This document shows positions 41,101 to 51,495 of a stretch of 64,000 nt of DNA, piece after piece (positions within the stretch are counted from its first letter, which is position 1; each line of letters begins with the position of its first letter). The stretch comes from Glaucostegus cemiculus (Eukaryota). The position numbers and the translations under genes were made by a program. The stretch is taken from assembly GCA_976551045.1 (NCBI GenBank), contig CDPCPM010000015.1, positions 10,540,001 to 10,604,000 on the forward strand, written 5' to 3'. Below the pieces are notes generated by a model, which searched no databases, was not told where the DNA came from, and worked only from the letters and a program-made list of their open reading frames with translations.

Positions 41101-44100
41101 ACCATGACAATGTCTTACTTCTTTCACTTGCGAGAAAGGAGCCAGTACTCCTGTCCAGTGTTGACGATACTGCTGCTGAGGAATTTGCTGTGGCTCTCTC
41201 ACCGGTGGAGGACACAAACGAGTGTGCGGATGCATCGACAGCCAAGGTAGACTTTGTTGGTACTCCCGTCATTGTCGAAGGTTCTGAAAGTAGAGTGAAC
41301 TCTGTGTTAAATGACCGTTTGTTCCCAATTGAAAAATGCTTCCTGCTCATTTCAGTGTCAAACAGTCAGCAACCGAGACGTGTGTTGCTTTCCATCCCAC
41401 CTGATACACTTAGAACTGTGGTGGATTCTGGTGATAATGACTGTGCAGGTGAGCTTGGTGTTGCTGATGTGGAGATCGTTGACTGCCCTGAACCTGCTGT
41501 CGAAGCTGAAGCCTGTGCAGATGTGTCAACCGATGGCTCGGCTGAACCTGAACTGGCTCCCATCGATACACCTATCAGAAGAAAAGAGAAGCAATTTGCC
41601 CTGACGTTACCATCTACCTTATATCCTGGCACAGATGACCTGGTTGCATGCTGTTTCTCTCCGAAATGCAGTTTGCTCTTGCACAAACTTTTGCCTGCAT
41701 AGCAAAACTGCAGATGGAATGCTATTGTGCCCACAGATGTCCCTGCCAGTAAAGGTCTTTCAAACAATAATTTCTTCTTACTTGTTTCTGCCGTATCCAT
41801 CGTCACCGCAGTGCTTTCCTCTGAAGTCCATTGTGCCGCTGAGGGACTTGCCACTTTACTCGGAGGACTCCGAGTTGAATGTGCACTTGTAGCTGTGGAT
41901 GACAAAGAATCCATTGACTGCAGGTGTGCCTGATTCAGGATGCGAAAACACACTTCCAGCCTATCTGCACTTCGCTACTTCTATCCTCCTCTGCCGCTCA
42001 TGCGAATCAAAGTTTAGACACAGTTTAATCTGGCAGAGCAGACTGGGGACTTCCTTGGTCAGGAAAGCGAGGATGTGCACTACTGTTGTCGAAAGATTGG
42101 ACATTCTGAAGTGCTTTGCAGATACTTGTTGCTTGCCTGACCCGGCTGCAGTTTGACAAGAGTGCTTTGACCAGTGATAACCTACCTCCTTCAGTGTCCT
42201 GAAGAGTCAGCATGGCATTTGTCACCAATGTTGATTTTGATCGAGAAGTTGCAGCCTGTTCTCCAGAAGTTGTTGTCAGCCATGTTTCAGACGAGGATAG
42301 CTTTGGCACTGCAGATGATGAAGATGAATGAACGGCAGATGAAACGGCTGCACCTGAAGATGGAAGTCGTTCATTAGACTCTGTGCTTTCCATATGGAAA
42401 AGGACAACTCGGGACAATGACATTGTCTTACTTGATTCACTTGTGAGAAAGGACCCAGTACTGCCGTCCCGTGTCGACGATATTGCTGCTGGGGAACTTG
42501 CTGTTTCTCTTGCACTGTTGGATAGCACCGATGAGCGTGGAGTTGCATCCTCAGCTAAGGTAGACACTGTTGGTGCTCCTGTCATTGTCGAAGGTTCTGA
42601 AAGTAAAGAGAAATTTTTGCTCAACAAGTGTTAGCTCCGATTTGCAGAAAGTTGTCTGCTCATTTCAGTGTCGAACGGCGAGCAACCGAGACGTGTATTG
42701 CTTTCCATCCCACCTGATTCACTTCTGACTGTGGTGGATTCTGCTGATAATGACTGGGCTGCTGAACGCTGTGTTGTCGATGAAGGGAATGTTGACTGCC
42801 CCGAACCTCCTGTCGAAGCCGAATCCTGTGCAGATGTGACAACTGATGGCTCAGCTAATCCTCCAGTGAATGCTATCGATGGTCCTGTCAGAAGAAAAGA
42901 GAATTAATTTGCCCTGACATTGCCATGCCTCTTATCCTTGCATATAAGAGCTGGCTGCTCGATGTTTCTCTCCCAAGTACAGTTTGCCTTTGTGTAAAAC
43001 TTTGCATTCAGAGGAAATCAGGAAATGGAATGCAATCGTGACAACTAATATCTCTGCCAAGCAAAGGAGTCGCAAATAATTATTTCCTCTCACTTGTTTC
43101 TCCTGTGTCCAATGTCACTGCAGTGCTCTCTTCTGATGACCATTGCGCCGCTGAGGAGCTTGCCATTTTACTCAGAGGGCTCGATGTGGAATGCGGAGTT
43201 GTAGCTGTCGATGACAAAGAATGCACTTACTGCAGCTGTGTCTGAGTCAGGATTAGAAAACACATTTCCACACATTTGCAATCTGCATTCGGCTACTTCT
43301 ACCTTCTGCCACTCAGGAGAATCCTAGGTTAAAGACAGCATGAACTGGCAAAGGAGACCTGGGCACTTCCTTTATCTGCCATTTCATCATCTGCACACCT
43401 GTTGCTCAAAGACTGGACGTTATCAAGATCTTCGCAGATCCTTGTTGTTCCCCGCACTGGCTGCAGTTTGACAAGTGTCTTTTGCTCAGTGATAACCTAC
43501 CTCCTTCACTGTCGGCAAGAGTCAGCATGCTGTTTGACACCAAAGTTGATTTTGATCGAGAAGTTGCTGCCTTTTCACCAGAGGTTGTTGTCAGCACCGT
43601 TTCAGACGGGGATTGATTTGGCTCTGCGGATGTTTCAGATGGTTGAATGGCAGATGAACTTGCTGCACCAGAAGATAGAAGTTGTTCATTACTCTCTGTG
43701 ACTACCATAGGATAAGAAGGGGGAACTGGGGACCATGACAATGTCTTACTTCTTTCACTTGCGAGAAAGGAGCCAGTACTGCTGTCCAGTGTTGACGATA
43801 TTGCTGCTGAGGAATTTGCTGTGGCTCTCTCACCGGTGGAGGACACAAACGAGTGTGCGGATGCATCGACAGCCAAGGTAGACTTTGTTGGTACTCCTGT
43901 CATTGTCGAAGGTTCTGAAAGTAGAGTGAACTCTGTGTTAAATGACCGTTTGTTTCCAATTGAAAAATGCTTCCTGCTCATTTCAGTGTCAAACAGACAG
44001 CAACCGAGACGTGTGTTGCTTTCCATCCCACCTGATACACTTAGAACTGTGGTGGATTCCGGTGATAATGACTGTGCAGATGAGCTTGGTGTTGCTGATG

Positions 44101-46347
44101 TGGAGATCGTTGACTGCCCTGAACCTGCTGTCGAAGCTGAAGCCTGTGCAGGTGTGACTAGATATGGCTCACCTAATGTTGTATTAGCTGTAATTGCTGC
44201 ACCTGTTGGAACAAAATTAAGTCAAACTGGCTTCCAAATTTTTCTGCATTTTTTGTTCTCGTGTCATAAATTGTTTATGATAACTCCAAGTGTTCCCCCG
44301 CACTGCACACATATTCCCCTCTCCTTTTCTTTCAGCAGTTGACTGAAATCGCTCCCTTCACTGTTCCGTTGTCTGCTCTTCCATTCTCAAGTGCCACTTC
44401 TTGTTGCAGTCACCTTGCAATGCAAACACTGGTTTTGTCACGTCTGTGCTTTCATCTCTTCCTCCCTACCATATCAGCAGATGAGCATTCTTTGATGCGA
44501 AGCATGGATTCACTTTCTCCTCTTTGAATCTCATTTATTACGCTCTTTGTTCACAATAAGGACTCCTCCCCATGCAGTAACCAAACACCGATCCGGAATC
44601 TCTTTGTGGAACTGCTGCTCTCAGTCTGCATATTGACCTAATCTTCCAGTTTCCTTCTGTTTATCTGACTGTCCCACTGCCCTCTGATCTCTTTCTTTGT
44701 GTACCCAGAGAAACAAAGCACTGAAGATGTTGGAATCGAGATGCAAATCCCAATGATTCTGGAGGAACTCAGCAGGCTAGGCTGCAGAAGATAGGAAAAG
44801 GGGAAGCCCAATATATAGGAAGGAAAATCAGAGCAGTGATGGGTGGACAAATGTGGGGAGGCAGGGTGGGCACGGGGTGGTGATAGGTTGATGCTGTTAA
44901 GAGATAGTGATAGGCAGGTGTGGGTGAGGAGGGGAGGGCAGATCCATGGGGGAATGCGTCAGAAGTCAGGAGAGATTTAAAAGTAAAGGGTAGCTAAAGG
45001 AGATAGGCTAGGGCATGGAAGAAGAGAAGAATCATGGTCAGTGAGTGTTGTGGAGAAGTGCTTGGAGATTACTTAAAGTGGGAGAATTCAATGTTCTTGT
45101 CTTTAAGCTGCAAGGTTCCTTGAGAGAAAATGAGGTGCTGTTACTCCAGTTTATGCTTCGAGTTCACCTGGCAGTGGAGGAGGCTGAGGAATGATCTACC
45201 CGTTGCCAGTCACTTCAACTCCCCCTCCCACATGATCACTGATATGTCAGTTCTCGTGTTTTTGCTATTTCTCTGTGGTCTCCTGCACTGTTAAAAGACC
45301 CAACTTAAACTGAAGGTTCAGCTCCTCATCTGCCATCTGGGCGTGTTGCAGCCTGCAGGACTCATTATCAATTTGTTTAACTTTAGATAACATTCTCATT
45401 CTTCCTGTTAATATAAGAACCATATCTTGTCTGCTCTCCTTCTCTTTCCCTGTGCATAATCTGTCCTGCTGAACTTGTCACAATTTGCCAAAACCACATC
45501 AGCAACAATTTACACAACCAAGTACCCTCTCCCATCTCCCACGTGTCTTCAGTCTATCAGTGAAATTCCCTTGGATTCAACCCCATTTTTCTGCTACCCA
45601 GGCTAACTTATTTCCCTTTCTCAGATCTGATGAAGACGCCCTCATCTGAAAATTAACTGTTTCTCTCTCCATAGACGTTGCCTGACCTGATTAGTTTTAC
45701 CAGCATTTTCCATTATCTTTTTTTCATATGTCATGTTTGTTCAGTTTTCTTACTCTCTCTACATATTGCTAGCCTTGCCTCACCACTTAGAACCCACTAC
45801 ACAGACCTGGAAGTTTCATGTGCTGATAATTGTCCCCATTAGACTATTTTGATCAATCCTATAACAGGTTCTCCCTTTGTTCTACACTTTCTTACTCCAT
45901 CTTCTCTCCTACTTAGAATTAGCTTGCACCTCTCTGTTTCCCAGTTCTAGTGAAGGGTCTCAACCCAAAACATTGACCATTTCTCTTTCCACATTTGCTG
46001 CCTGACCTACTGAGTTTTTCCAGCATTTCCTGATTTTGTTTCATATTTCCAGCATCTGCAGATTTTCTTTTTAGTAATCTGCTGTTGCTTTAGTCAGCAA
46101 TCTTCTTGCATAAATGTGTTTATTATGAACAATGCAATGGAATACAACAGCAAAACTTCTGTTTTTATTGGATGTATCACATTCTGCTGGATAAAAAAGC
46201 CACTGGCAGCCCATGTAACCCAAAGGTTTTCACAAAGTTATCTTATCTTACTTCTTTCTATTGTGTCCAATGTTGCAGCAGTGTTTTCTGTTGAATTTGC
46301 TCGTTCAGTTGTACTCAGTGATGAGGATGTTGACTGTGGAATTGTTG
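2061..46347 (-). CDS. Giant SEA-domain mucin (MUC16-like), multi-exon; incomplete at the 3' end (runs off the left edge) and 5' end not located
   Basis: Predicted order on minus strand: unique S/T exon 46252-46347, then 88 repeated phase 1-1 S/T exons (44202 down to 5882), then SEA exon 1 (3435-3595, phase 1 to 0), then SEA exon 2 (2061-2128, phase 0 to 2). All have AG/GT boundaries with compatible phases. Joining them into one transcript is inference. Confidence 0.8.
2330..2425 (+). mobile_element. CR1 3' tail
   Basis: gggctgaagggcttgtattgcgctgtactgttctatgattctatga. Confidence 0.6.
3435..3595 (-). CDS. SEA domain exon 1 (VDAPVLLHTHSPAQGVPPMFFNVTFIIINPPINNSLQNPASILHSITTNTLLVQ)
   Basis: Acceptor tttactgttttacag|TG, donor CAG|gtgagt, 161 nt. 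FNVTFIIIN...LQNPAS resembles the SEA N-terminus (FTLNFTITNL...M..PGS). Confidence 0.8.
3670..3985 (+). mobile_element. Rex1/Babar-type LINE 3' fragment
   Basis: ORF 3671-3853, CLKKVASIIEDPH...RRYRSLKSHATRFRNSYF, is a typical Rex1/Babar C-terminus. Confidence 0.75.
4630..5310 (-). mobile_element. Cluster of Rex1/Babar 3'-tail fragments
   Basis: Repeated gagtttattgtcat...acaatgaa...cttgcagcagcatcacagg tails and aagtagctgctcctgaacttggtggtg. Confidence 0.65.
5595..5713 (-). CDS. Candidate alternative terminal exon (VMSLLTQLTPGGLKDMHYSKSELLNSTPRAIVCSSSFSI*)
   Basis: Acceptor ttgcttttgtatgttgacag|TC is phase-1 compatible with the last array exon. TGA at 5595-5597 and a minus-strand AATAAA at 5515-5520. 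Confidence 0.35.
5882..6052 (-). CDS. Repeat exon B1 (171 nt; VSMGASSGSAEPSV...STTVLSVS); 16 copies, this is the 3'-most
   Basis: Acceptor tctcttttcttctgatag|GT, donor CAG|gtggga, 57 codons, phase 1-1. Confidence 0.8.
6263..6373 (-). CDS. Repeat exon C1 (111 nt; ATSAHSTRSPPSKVASPSAAQWTSEESTAVTMDTAET); 15 copies
   Basis: Acceptor ttctttgtcatccacag|CT, donor CAA|gtaaga, 37 codons. The same acceptor context occurs in the unique exon at 46347. Confidence 0.7.
6667..7077 (-). CDS. Repeat exon A2 (411 nt; EPSTITGAPTVSTLAED...TLTLQDTEG); 14 copies
   Basis: Acceptor tttctctttactttcag|AA, donor GAG|gtaggt, 137 codons, S/T-rich. Confidence 0.85.
7195..7365 (-). CDS. Repeat exon B2 (171 nt; PSIALTGGLAEPSVVTSAQ...STTVRSES); 14 copies
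   Basis: Acceptor ttctcttttcttctgacag|GA, donor CAG|gtggga, 57 codons. Paralog of B1. Confidence 0.8.
7575..7685 (-). CDS. Repeat exon C2 (111 nt; ATTPHSTSSPLSKMASSSAAQWSSEESTAVTLDTGET); 14 copies
   Basis: Acceptor ttctttgtcatcgacag|CT, donor CAA|gtgaga, 37 codons. Not in the ORF track. Paralog of C1. Confidence 0.7.
7982..8395 (-). CDS. Repeat exon A1 (414 nt; EPSTMTGVPTKS...TLTLEDTEG); 15 copies including the hybrid at 11929-12342
   Basis: Acceptor ttcactctactttcag|AA, donor GAG|gtaggt, 138 codons, S/T-rich. Confidence 0.85.
44032..44202 (-). CDS. 5'-most array exon, chimeric (GAAITANTTLGEPYLVTPAQASASTAG...)
   Basis: Unique acceptor ttttgttccaacag|GT. The first ~18 codons are diverged and the rest match B1. 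Length is still 171 nt. Confidence 0.8.
44705..45720. mobile_element. Penelope-like element remnants in head-to-head orientation (GIY-YIG C-terminus plus terminal repeat)
   Basis: Plus strand from ~45198 reads PVASHFNSPSH, a GIY-YIG-type C-terminal motif. An inverted copy spans ~44705-45190. A hammerhead-like motif lies at 45622-45659. Confidence 0.65.
45730..46075 (+). mobile_element. Penelope-like terminal fragment
   Basis: gaagggtctcaacccaaaacattgac...gctgcctgacctactgagtttttccagcatt...ttccagcatctgcag. Confidence 0.6.
46252..46347 (-). CDS. Unique exon-C-like S/T exon (ATIPQSTSSSLSTTERANSTENTAATLDTIER)
   Basis: Branch-like ttgac followed by ttctctctttcatccacag|CA, donor GAA|gtaaga, 96 nt, phase 1-1. 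Aligns with C1/C2 (STAVTLDT). Confidence 0.7.
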
Positions 46348-46571
46348 CTGTGGATGAAAGAGAGAACTGTCAATGGTGGTGAACTTTCATTGGTCTTGGC
46401 AAGAGGAGATTTGTAGCCAGTGATGTCCATGCACCACCAGGGAGAAACTAACCTGAAAGAGTATGTCATTTGGACAGCTAGATGATGGAACTGCATGTGT
46501 CAACTTGACAACTCTCTTCTTGCCTACATCTCTGTAGCCCAACTCTATTCAAACCACACCATTGCTGTGAA

Positions 46572-46815
46572 TGCACACACAAAATGCTGGAGAAACTCAG
46601 CAGATCAGAATAAAAAGATAGGGGTAGGGGGTAGCACAAGCTGGATTTTTACCTTTTTATTCCAGCTTCTGCCTTCTTCCTTTCTACTCCTGATGAAAGG
46701 TCTTGACCAGAATCATTGACTGTTTATTTCCCTCCATACCTGACCTGCTGAGATCCTCCAGCACTTTGTGTGTGTTGCTCCAGATTCCAGCATCTGCAGA
46801 ATCTCTTGTGTCTTC
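46572..46815. mobile_element. Penelope-derived non-autonomous element
   Basis: cacacaaaatgctggagaaactcagc ... gctgagatcctccagcactttgtgtg inverted pair. Confidence 0.55.
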
Positions 46816-47799
46816 CTTCGTAGCTGTGGGCAGGACTGATTGCCTTTCCTGCCTGTTCCAATTGAAAACTGCCATGATATTAATCCTCAGGGTCTCTGTG
46901 AAGCTATCAAAACTGTACAACAAACATTATCAACTCACCAAACCATTTCCCAGAAGGTTCTGAAGAACTCATGCATGAACTAATCCCATACTTATCTAGG
47001 GTAAACCAGTCTGACCTGCCAGCATGTCTTCCTGTTCTGTACATCTCAATTCCAACATTCTTTGTCTAGGATCTCACTCTCTAATCACTTCCATTCACTC
47101 ATTGGCCAGCTAACCCTGTTTACAACTTATCCCCATGTTCACCCCAGTTTTCCCCTCCCAGTGACATTGTCCCTCCCCCACCCTCCCTGCACATATTAAC
47201 CAGCTTCTTTTGTCCCCTTTCCATTTCCACGAGCGGTCTTCCACCTGAAACATTAACTCTGTTTCTCTTCCCACAGATGCCGCTGGCTACTTCCAGAATA
47301 TTCTGACCTTTAATTAGCTTCTTTGATCTGCCACTCAATAACAGTATCAGGTTTTAGCATGGATTCCAAAATATCATCCTTATTTAAATGCTAGAATCAC
47401 AATCTGTGTTTGCACATGGTGTTATCCATATCCATTCCAATCGGGAGAAATGCTGCCTGATCTACTGAGTTTTTCCTAGTGTTTCCTTCTTTTATTTCAG
47501 GTGTCCTGCATCTGTAGTATTTTGCTGTTATTGAGAAAGGGTCTTTCTGGCGGGTTGGGTTTAGGTTATAATTTAACACCCAAGCACGCTGTCAAACTTC
47601 CCCCTCCAAACAAGGGAGTTAGAATTCCCACTGTTATCTAATTCAGCAACCACAAGAGTAACAGACACCAGAACTGTGTCACATATCATCCAATGTATAA
47701 TCTGTTTGGGTAAAGGTGAAGCATTAACTCTCCTCTCTCCACAAATGGTCCCTGACCTGCTGAATGTCCACCATGTTCTCCCTTGTTAATTATTGATTT

Positions 47800-48415
47800 C
47801 CCCATCGCCAGGAAGTCTAGAACCAGGGTCAGAGCATCATGATACGGGCTGTGGCATTAGAACTGAGATCAGGAGAAACTTCTTCACCCAGATAGTGGTG
47901 AACCTGTAGAATTTTGTCCCACAGGTGGCAGTGCATGCAAAATCAGCAAATATATTCAAGAAGTAGATACACAGGTTACGAATGACCTGACTTATGAAAA
48001 TCCAACTTTACGCAAATTCTCCTATATATTTTTAAAACATTTTTCAAGCTAGTGAGAACTATAATAATATGTTTCATGGTGTTCATTAGCGAATGGATAC
48101 AGTATAGGTTCTGTTAGTTTAATTATGGGTAGTGTTAGGGTAAATATTCAATGAAATGAAAGAATTATAGCAAGTGTATGCAGAGCGATACTATATGGGT
48201 CACTATAGGAAGTGGATGTTTCTGACTTTTGGAGAAATCGGGTTTATGGACAGTTCTCAGGAACAGATCTCTTCTCCAACCCAAAGGGGACTGCCTGTAC
48301 TTCTTAATGCTAAAGGGATCAAGGTATATAGTCAGGATACTGAAATGGATAATCAGTCATGATTATATGGAATAGCGGAGCAGTTTGAAGAGTTAAGTGA
48401 TCTCCTCCTGCTCCG
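47800..48415 (+). mobile_element. CR1 fragment interrupted by a Tigger/pogo-like MITE (~47968-48299)
   Basis: CR1 ORF2 end (gaaacttcttcacccagatagtggtgaacc) resumes after ggggactgcctgta. The MITE end matches 51496 in reverse orientation. Confidence 0.6.
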
Positions 48416-48417
48416 AG

Positions 48418-48710
48418 CAGGCACAGTAGTGTAGCAGTTAGTGTAACGTTTTACAGCGCCAGTGACCCAGGTTCAATTCCTGCCGCTGTCTGTAAGGAGA
48501 TTGTATGTTCTCCCCGTGTCTGCATGGGTTTCCTCCAGAAGCTCCAGTTTCCTCCCACATTCCAAAGACATACAGGTTAGGAAGTTGTGGGTATGCTATA
48601 ATGGCACCAGAAGAGTGGCGACACTTGCAGGCTGCCCCCAGAACACTAAGCAAAAAGTGCATTTCACTGTGTGTCTCGATCTACATGTGATTAATAAATA
48701 CCTTATCTTA
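48418..48710 (+). mobile_element. tRNA-derived V-SINE (HE1-like)
   Basis: A/B-box-like head (ggttcaattcc) followed by the V-domain tgtatgttctccccgtgtctgcatgggtttcc...tttcctcccacattccaaagac. Confidence 0.8.
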
Positions 48711-48764
48711 AAATTTCTATGTTTCTACAATTACCAATAGATGGTCCTCCTGCTTCTCATCTCT

Positions 48765-49030
48765 ATCCCTTGATTCAATTGATCTCTGATCTTGAATATA
48801 CTCAGTGACTGGCCTCCACAGCCTCTGGGCAGAGAATTCTAAACTTCACGCAGTTTTCAGTGAAGAAATTTCTTCCAACCTCAGTTCTGAATGGCCGACC
48901 CATTACTTTGAGACAGTAACCCCTGGTTCCACTCACATGAGCCAAGGGACACATCATCTCTGCATCTACCCTACCAAGCCATCCAAATTCTGAATGTTTC
49001 AATGAGAATACCTCTTATTCCTTTAAGATC
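48765..49030 (-). mobile_element. CR1 fragment
   Basis: ORF 48802-49002, GTRGYCLKVMGRPFRTEVGRNFFT. Confidence 0.75.
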
Positions 49031-49649
49031 AAAACTTGTACAAAACCCAGTAATGGAAGTAAAATCACTGATGAAGCCAAAAATGATTGGCTTAGGATGT
49101 TGCCTCATTGGAATTTCACAACCATGTTCTTGGGCTGAGATGGCTGATCTCCAGCAAGCTGGATGTGACTCCAGTCAGCAGAGATATTTTCCATTTATTT
49201 TCCCTGATTCCCATTGACTTTTTACTCTTAACTACTCTTGGATCAGTGAACAATATGCTGGAGGAACTCAGTGGGTTGAGCAGCATCTTTAGGAGGAGAG
49301 CAATTGTTGATATTTCAGGTCAAAACCCTACATCAGAACTCTTGGATCAGATATGGATCATCTGCAGATGTTGAAATTTTATTCTGCACACTAATGGCTG
49401 AGTCATTATCATATATCAAGAAAAGCTGTTACCTCAGTACCACCCTTGGGAAACATATTAATGCCTCCCTTCAGTATGACATTCAATAATAAAATTGGAC
49501 AATGCTGCAAACTCTCAGCAGGTCAGGCTGCATGTGTGGAAAGAGAAACAGAGTTAAGATTTCAGGTCATTAGTTCTGATTAGATATGTTAACTCTGTGT
49601 CCCTTTCTGTTCCAGATTTCTAGATGTTGCATTTGTTTAATTTTCAGCC

Positions 49650-49950
49650 ATGACGTGCCAACATTTTATCCTGCTCTAAGATCCATCTAACCCTTCCCTC
49701 CTATTTTTATATCATTCATGTGTCTATCTAAGAGTCTCTTAAATGTCCCCAGTGTATCTGCCCCCACAACCTCTGCAGGCAGTGCGTTCCACACACCCAC
49801 CACTCTCTGTGTAAAAAAACTTGCCCCTGACATCCCCATTATACCTTCCTCCAGTCACCTTAAAATTATATCCCCTCATGTTAGCCATTGTCACACTGGG
49901 AAAAAGTCTCTGACAGTCCACTCGATCTATGCCTCTTATCGTTTTGTACA
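49650..49950 (-). mobile_element. CR1 fragment
   Basis: ORF 49739-49963, YKTIRGIDRVD...RGYNFKVTGGRYNGDVRGKFF. Confidence 0.8.
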
Positions 49951-51495
49951 TGCTGTACAGCAAGCTGGAGGAGAAAGCCTGCCAATGTTTCTAAGCTTAC
50001 ACTGCTGACTCCTTGTCACTGGCTTCCCATGCCTCTGGCATTTACCAGAATCAGGAGCACCTCCCCCCAAGCAATACACCCAGGAGGCAAAATTCACATC
50101 GCCACATCACCAACAGTGTTAATACATCAGGGGCAGTCACCCGACTCTCTTACCACTAGGTGGAGCGCAGTCAGACAGGGGTTGCACAGTTGCCAATAGA
50201 GAGGCTCAGGAAAGGTCTTTTTCCAACCTGGGGGGTCTGATGTTCTGAGCTCAAGAAGTGCATCATTCCTTAACAACATGCTGAAATAACTTTTTATGAG
50301 ACCATCGTCCCTCCACATTTCAATGAGCAGCAGAAATGATGTCTGTGTGACAAGTTCTGTTATTTACCAAAACAAACCACTTGGGTTTATGGAGTTGAGG
50401 AAGAGGGAGGTTAGAGAAAGCCCAAAAAAGTAGCCAGCAGAAATCCTGAGACCATGCCACTGCTGTCCTGATGAGCAGGGCTCCATTGGGTACAATCCAG
50501 ATGCAGCCATCTTAATGGCTGCCCAAGGAACTTTGGAGTGTGTCTGATTGTTGCAAGTTTCAGAGAAATTAGATTAATCATGCATGGGAAAATGTTTTGT
50601 TGCTTCTTATCTTTGCTAGGCAAGTAACTTCAATGGCCATAGAACAGGGGATGATTGGATTAAAGTTTAAAATATAATTTATTGAATAGATTATTCTTGA
50701 ACTGTTAAACCACTGCCAATTGTAGAACACACTAGGGAAAACAGATTTGTTATTCCTATTTTGTAATTATTACCTTTTACAATGTGAACATTAGGGCAAA
50801 CCATGCTGATACTACTATTTGTAAAACAGGCTTATGTTTATGAAAATAATATTATCTTTTAAAAAGTCAGCATCAAATATATTCTGTTATTTAGAAATCA
50901 AAAATCTCTGAATAAAGCATCAGAAGTTGGAAAGTATCTTGGTTGCAAATGTTAAAATGGTCATTTATAATAAATGTCATAAAATATAAGTTTAATTTGG
51001 AGACACGAGTCTGGAGAGAAAGGCAAAGTTTAATTTGCCTTTTTTTTAAATTACATTGTTTATTTCACTTTATTTTATATGAGCAAATAAAAATTAATGG
51101 AAGCATGGTTGTTGAGGTTGACTGAGGAAGAAATGTATCCAGACATACCATATCACAGATATCATTGCATAATTTTTAAATCTTTTCACTTTGATTATGC
51201 AAAATGATGTCATGCATAATTGAACTATAACTGCTATTACCAATAAATTCTTACCTACAATTGTTGACCCAATCACCAAACATAGAAATATGCTCCATAA
51301 CATACACTTCACTGAAAACGTATTCCAATCCATGATCAAGTAGCAAGCAGCTCCTTCAAGAGGCACTGTGTCCTTATTAACATATTATCCAAAGAATTTA
51401 AGCGAAACAATGAAAGTTTCACAGCTCCATTTCCCTTTTGTTGCCTTAGCTACTTTTCAACTGACGCACCTCACTTAGTCACAGGAGCTTTAAAT

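Larger units (their letters stand above)
5808..44150 (-). repeat. Tandem array of 2631-bp exon-intron cassettes (14 full units plus one 1316-bp half unit)
   Basis: Exon B1 low coordinates b = 5882, 8513, 11144, 12460, 15091, 17722, 20353, 22984, 25615, 28246, 30877, 33508, 36139, 38770, 41401, 44032. Within a full unit: B1 b..b+170, C1 b+381..491, A2 b+785..1195, B2 b+1313..1483, C2 b+1693..1803, A1 b+2100..2513. The ORF track recurs at exactly these offsets. Confidence 0.97.

Noticed and set aside
5847-44026. Treating the 191, 195 and 200-aa minus-strand ORFs as tandem single-exon genes
   Set aside because: Their S/T-rich cores are bounded exactly by AG/GT sites, the flanking residues are intronic read-through, and many starts are non-ATG.
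5808-44150. CRISPR array, rDNA or non-coding macrosatellite
   Set aside because: No repeat-spacer structure and no rRNA motifs. The context is eukaryotic and exon lengths are all multiples of three.
5794-44342. Many recurring plus-strand ORFs (e.g. 190-aa MRKEPVLL..., V/D/E/A-rich)
   Set aside because: These are antisense shadows of S/T/A codons. Splice signals and polypyrimidine tracts all point to the minus strand.
44330-44700. Purine-rich minus-strand stretch upstream of the array as a possible exon
   Set aside because: No convincing open frame with matching splice sites.
46305-46496. ORF with acceptor tactctttcag near 46452 extending the orphan exon
   Set aside because: It is out of frame with the S/T reading, and phase-1 use gives an immediate TAG.
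48418-48490. tRNA-like A/B boxes
   Set aside because: This is a SINE head followed by the V-SINE core, not a tRNA gene.
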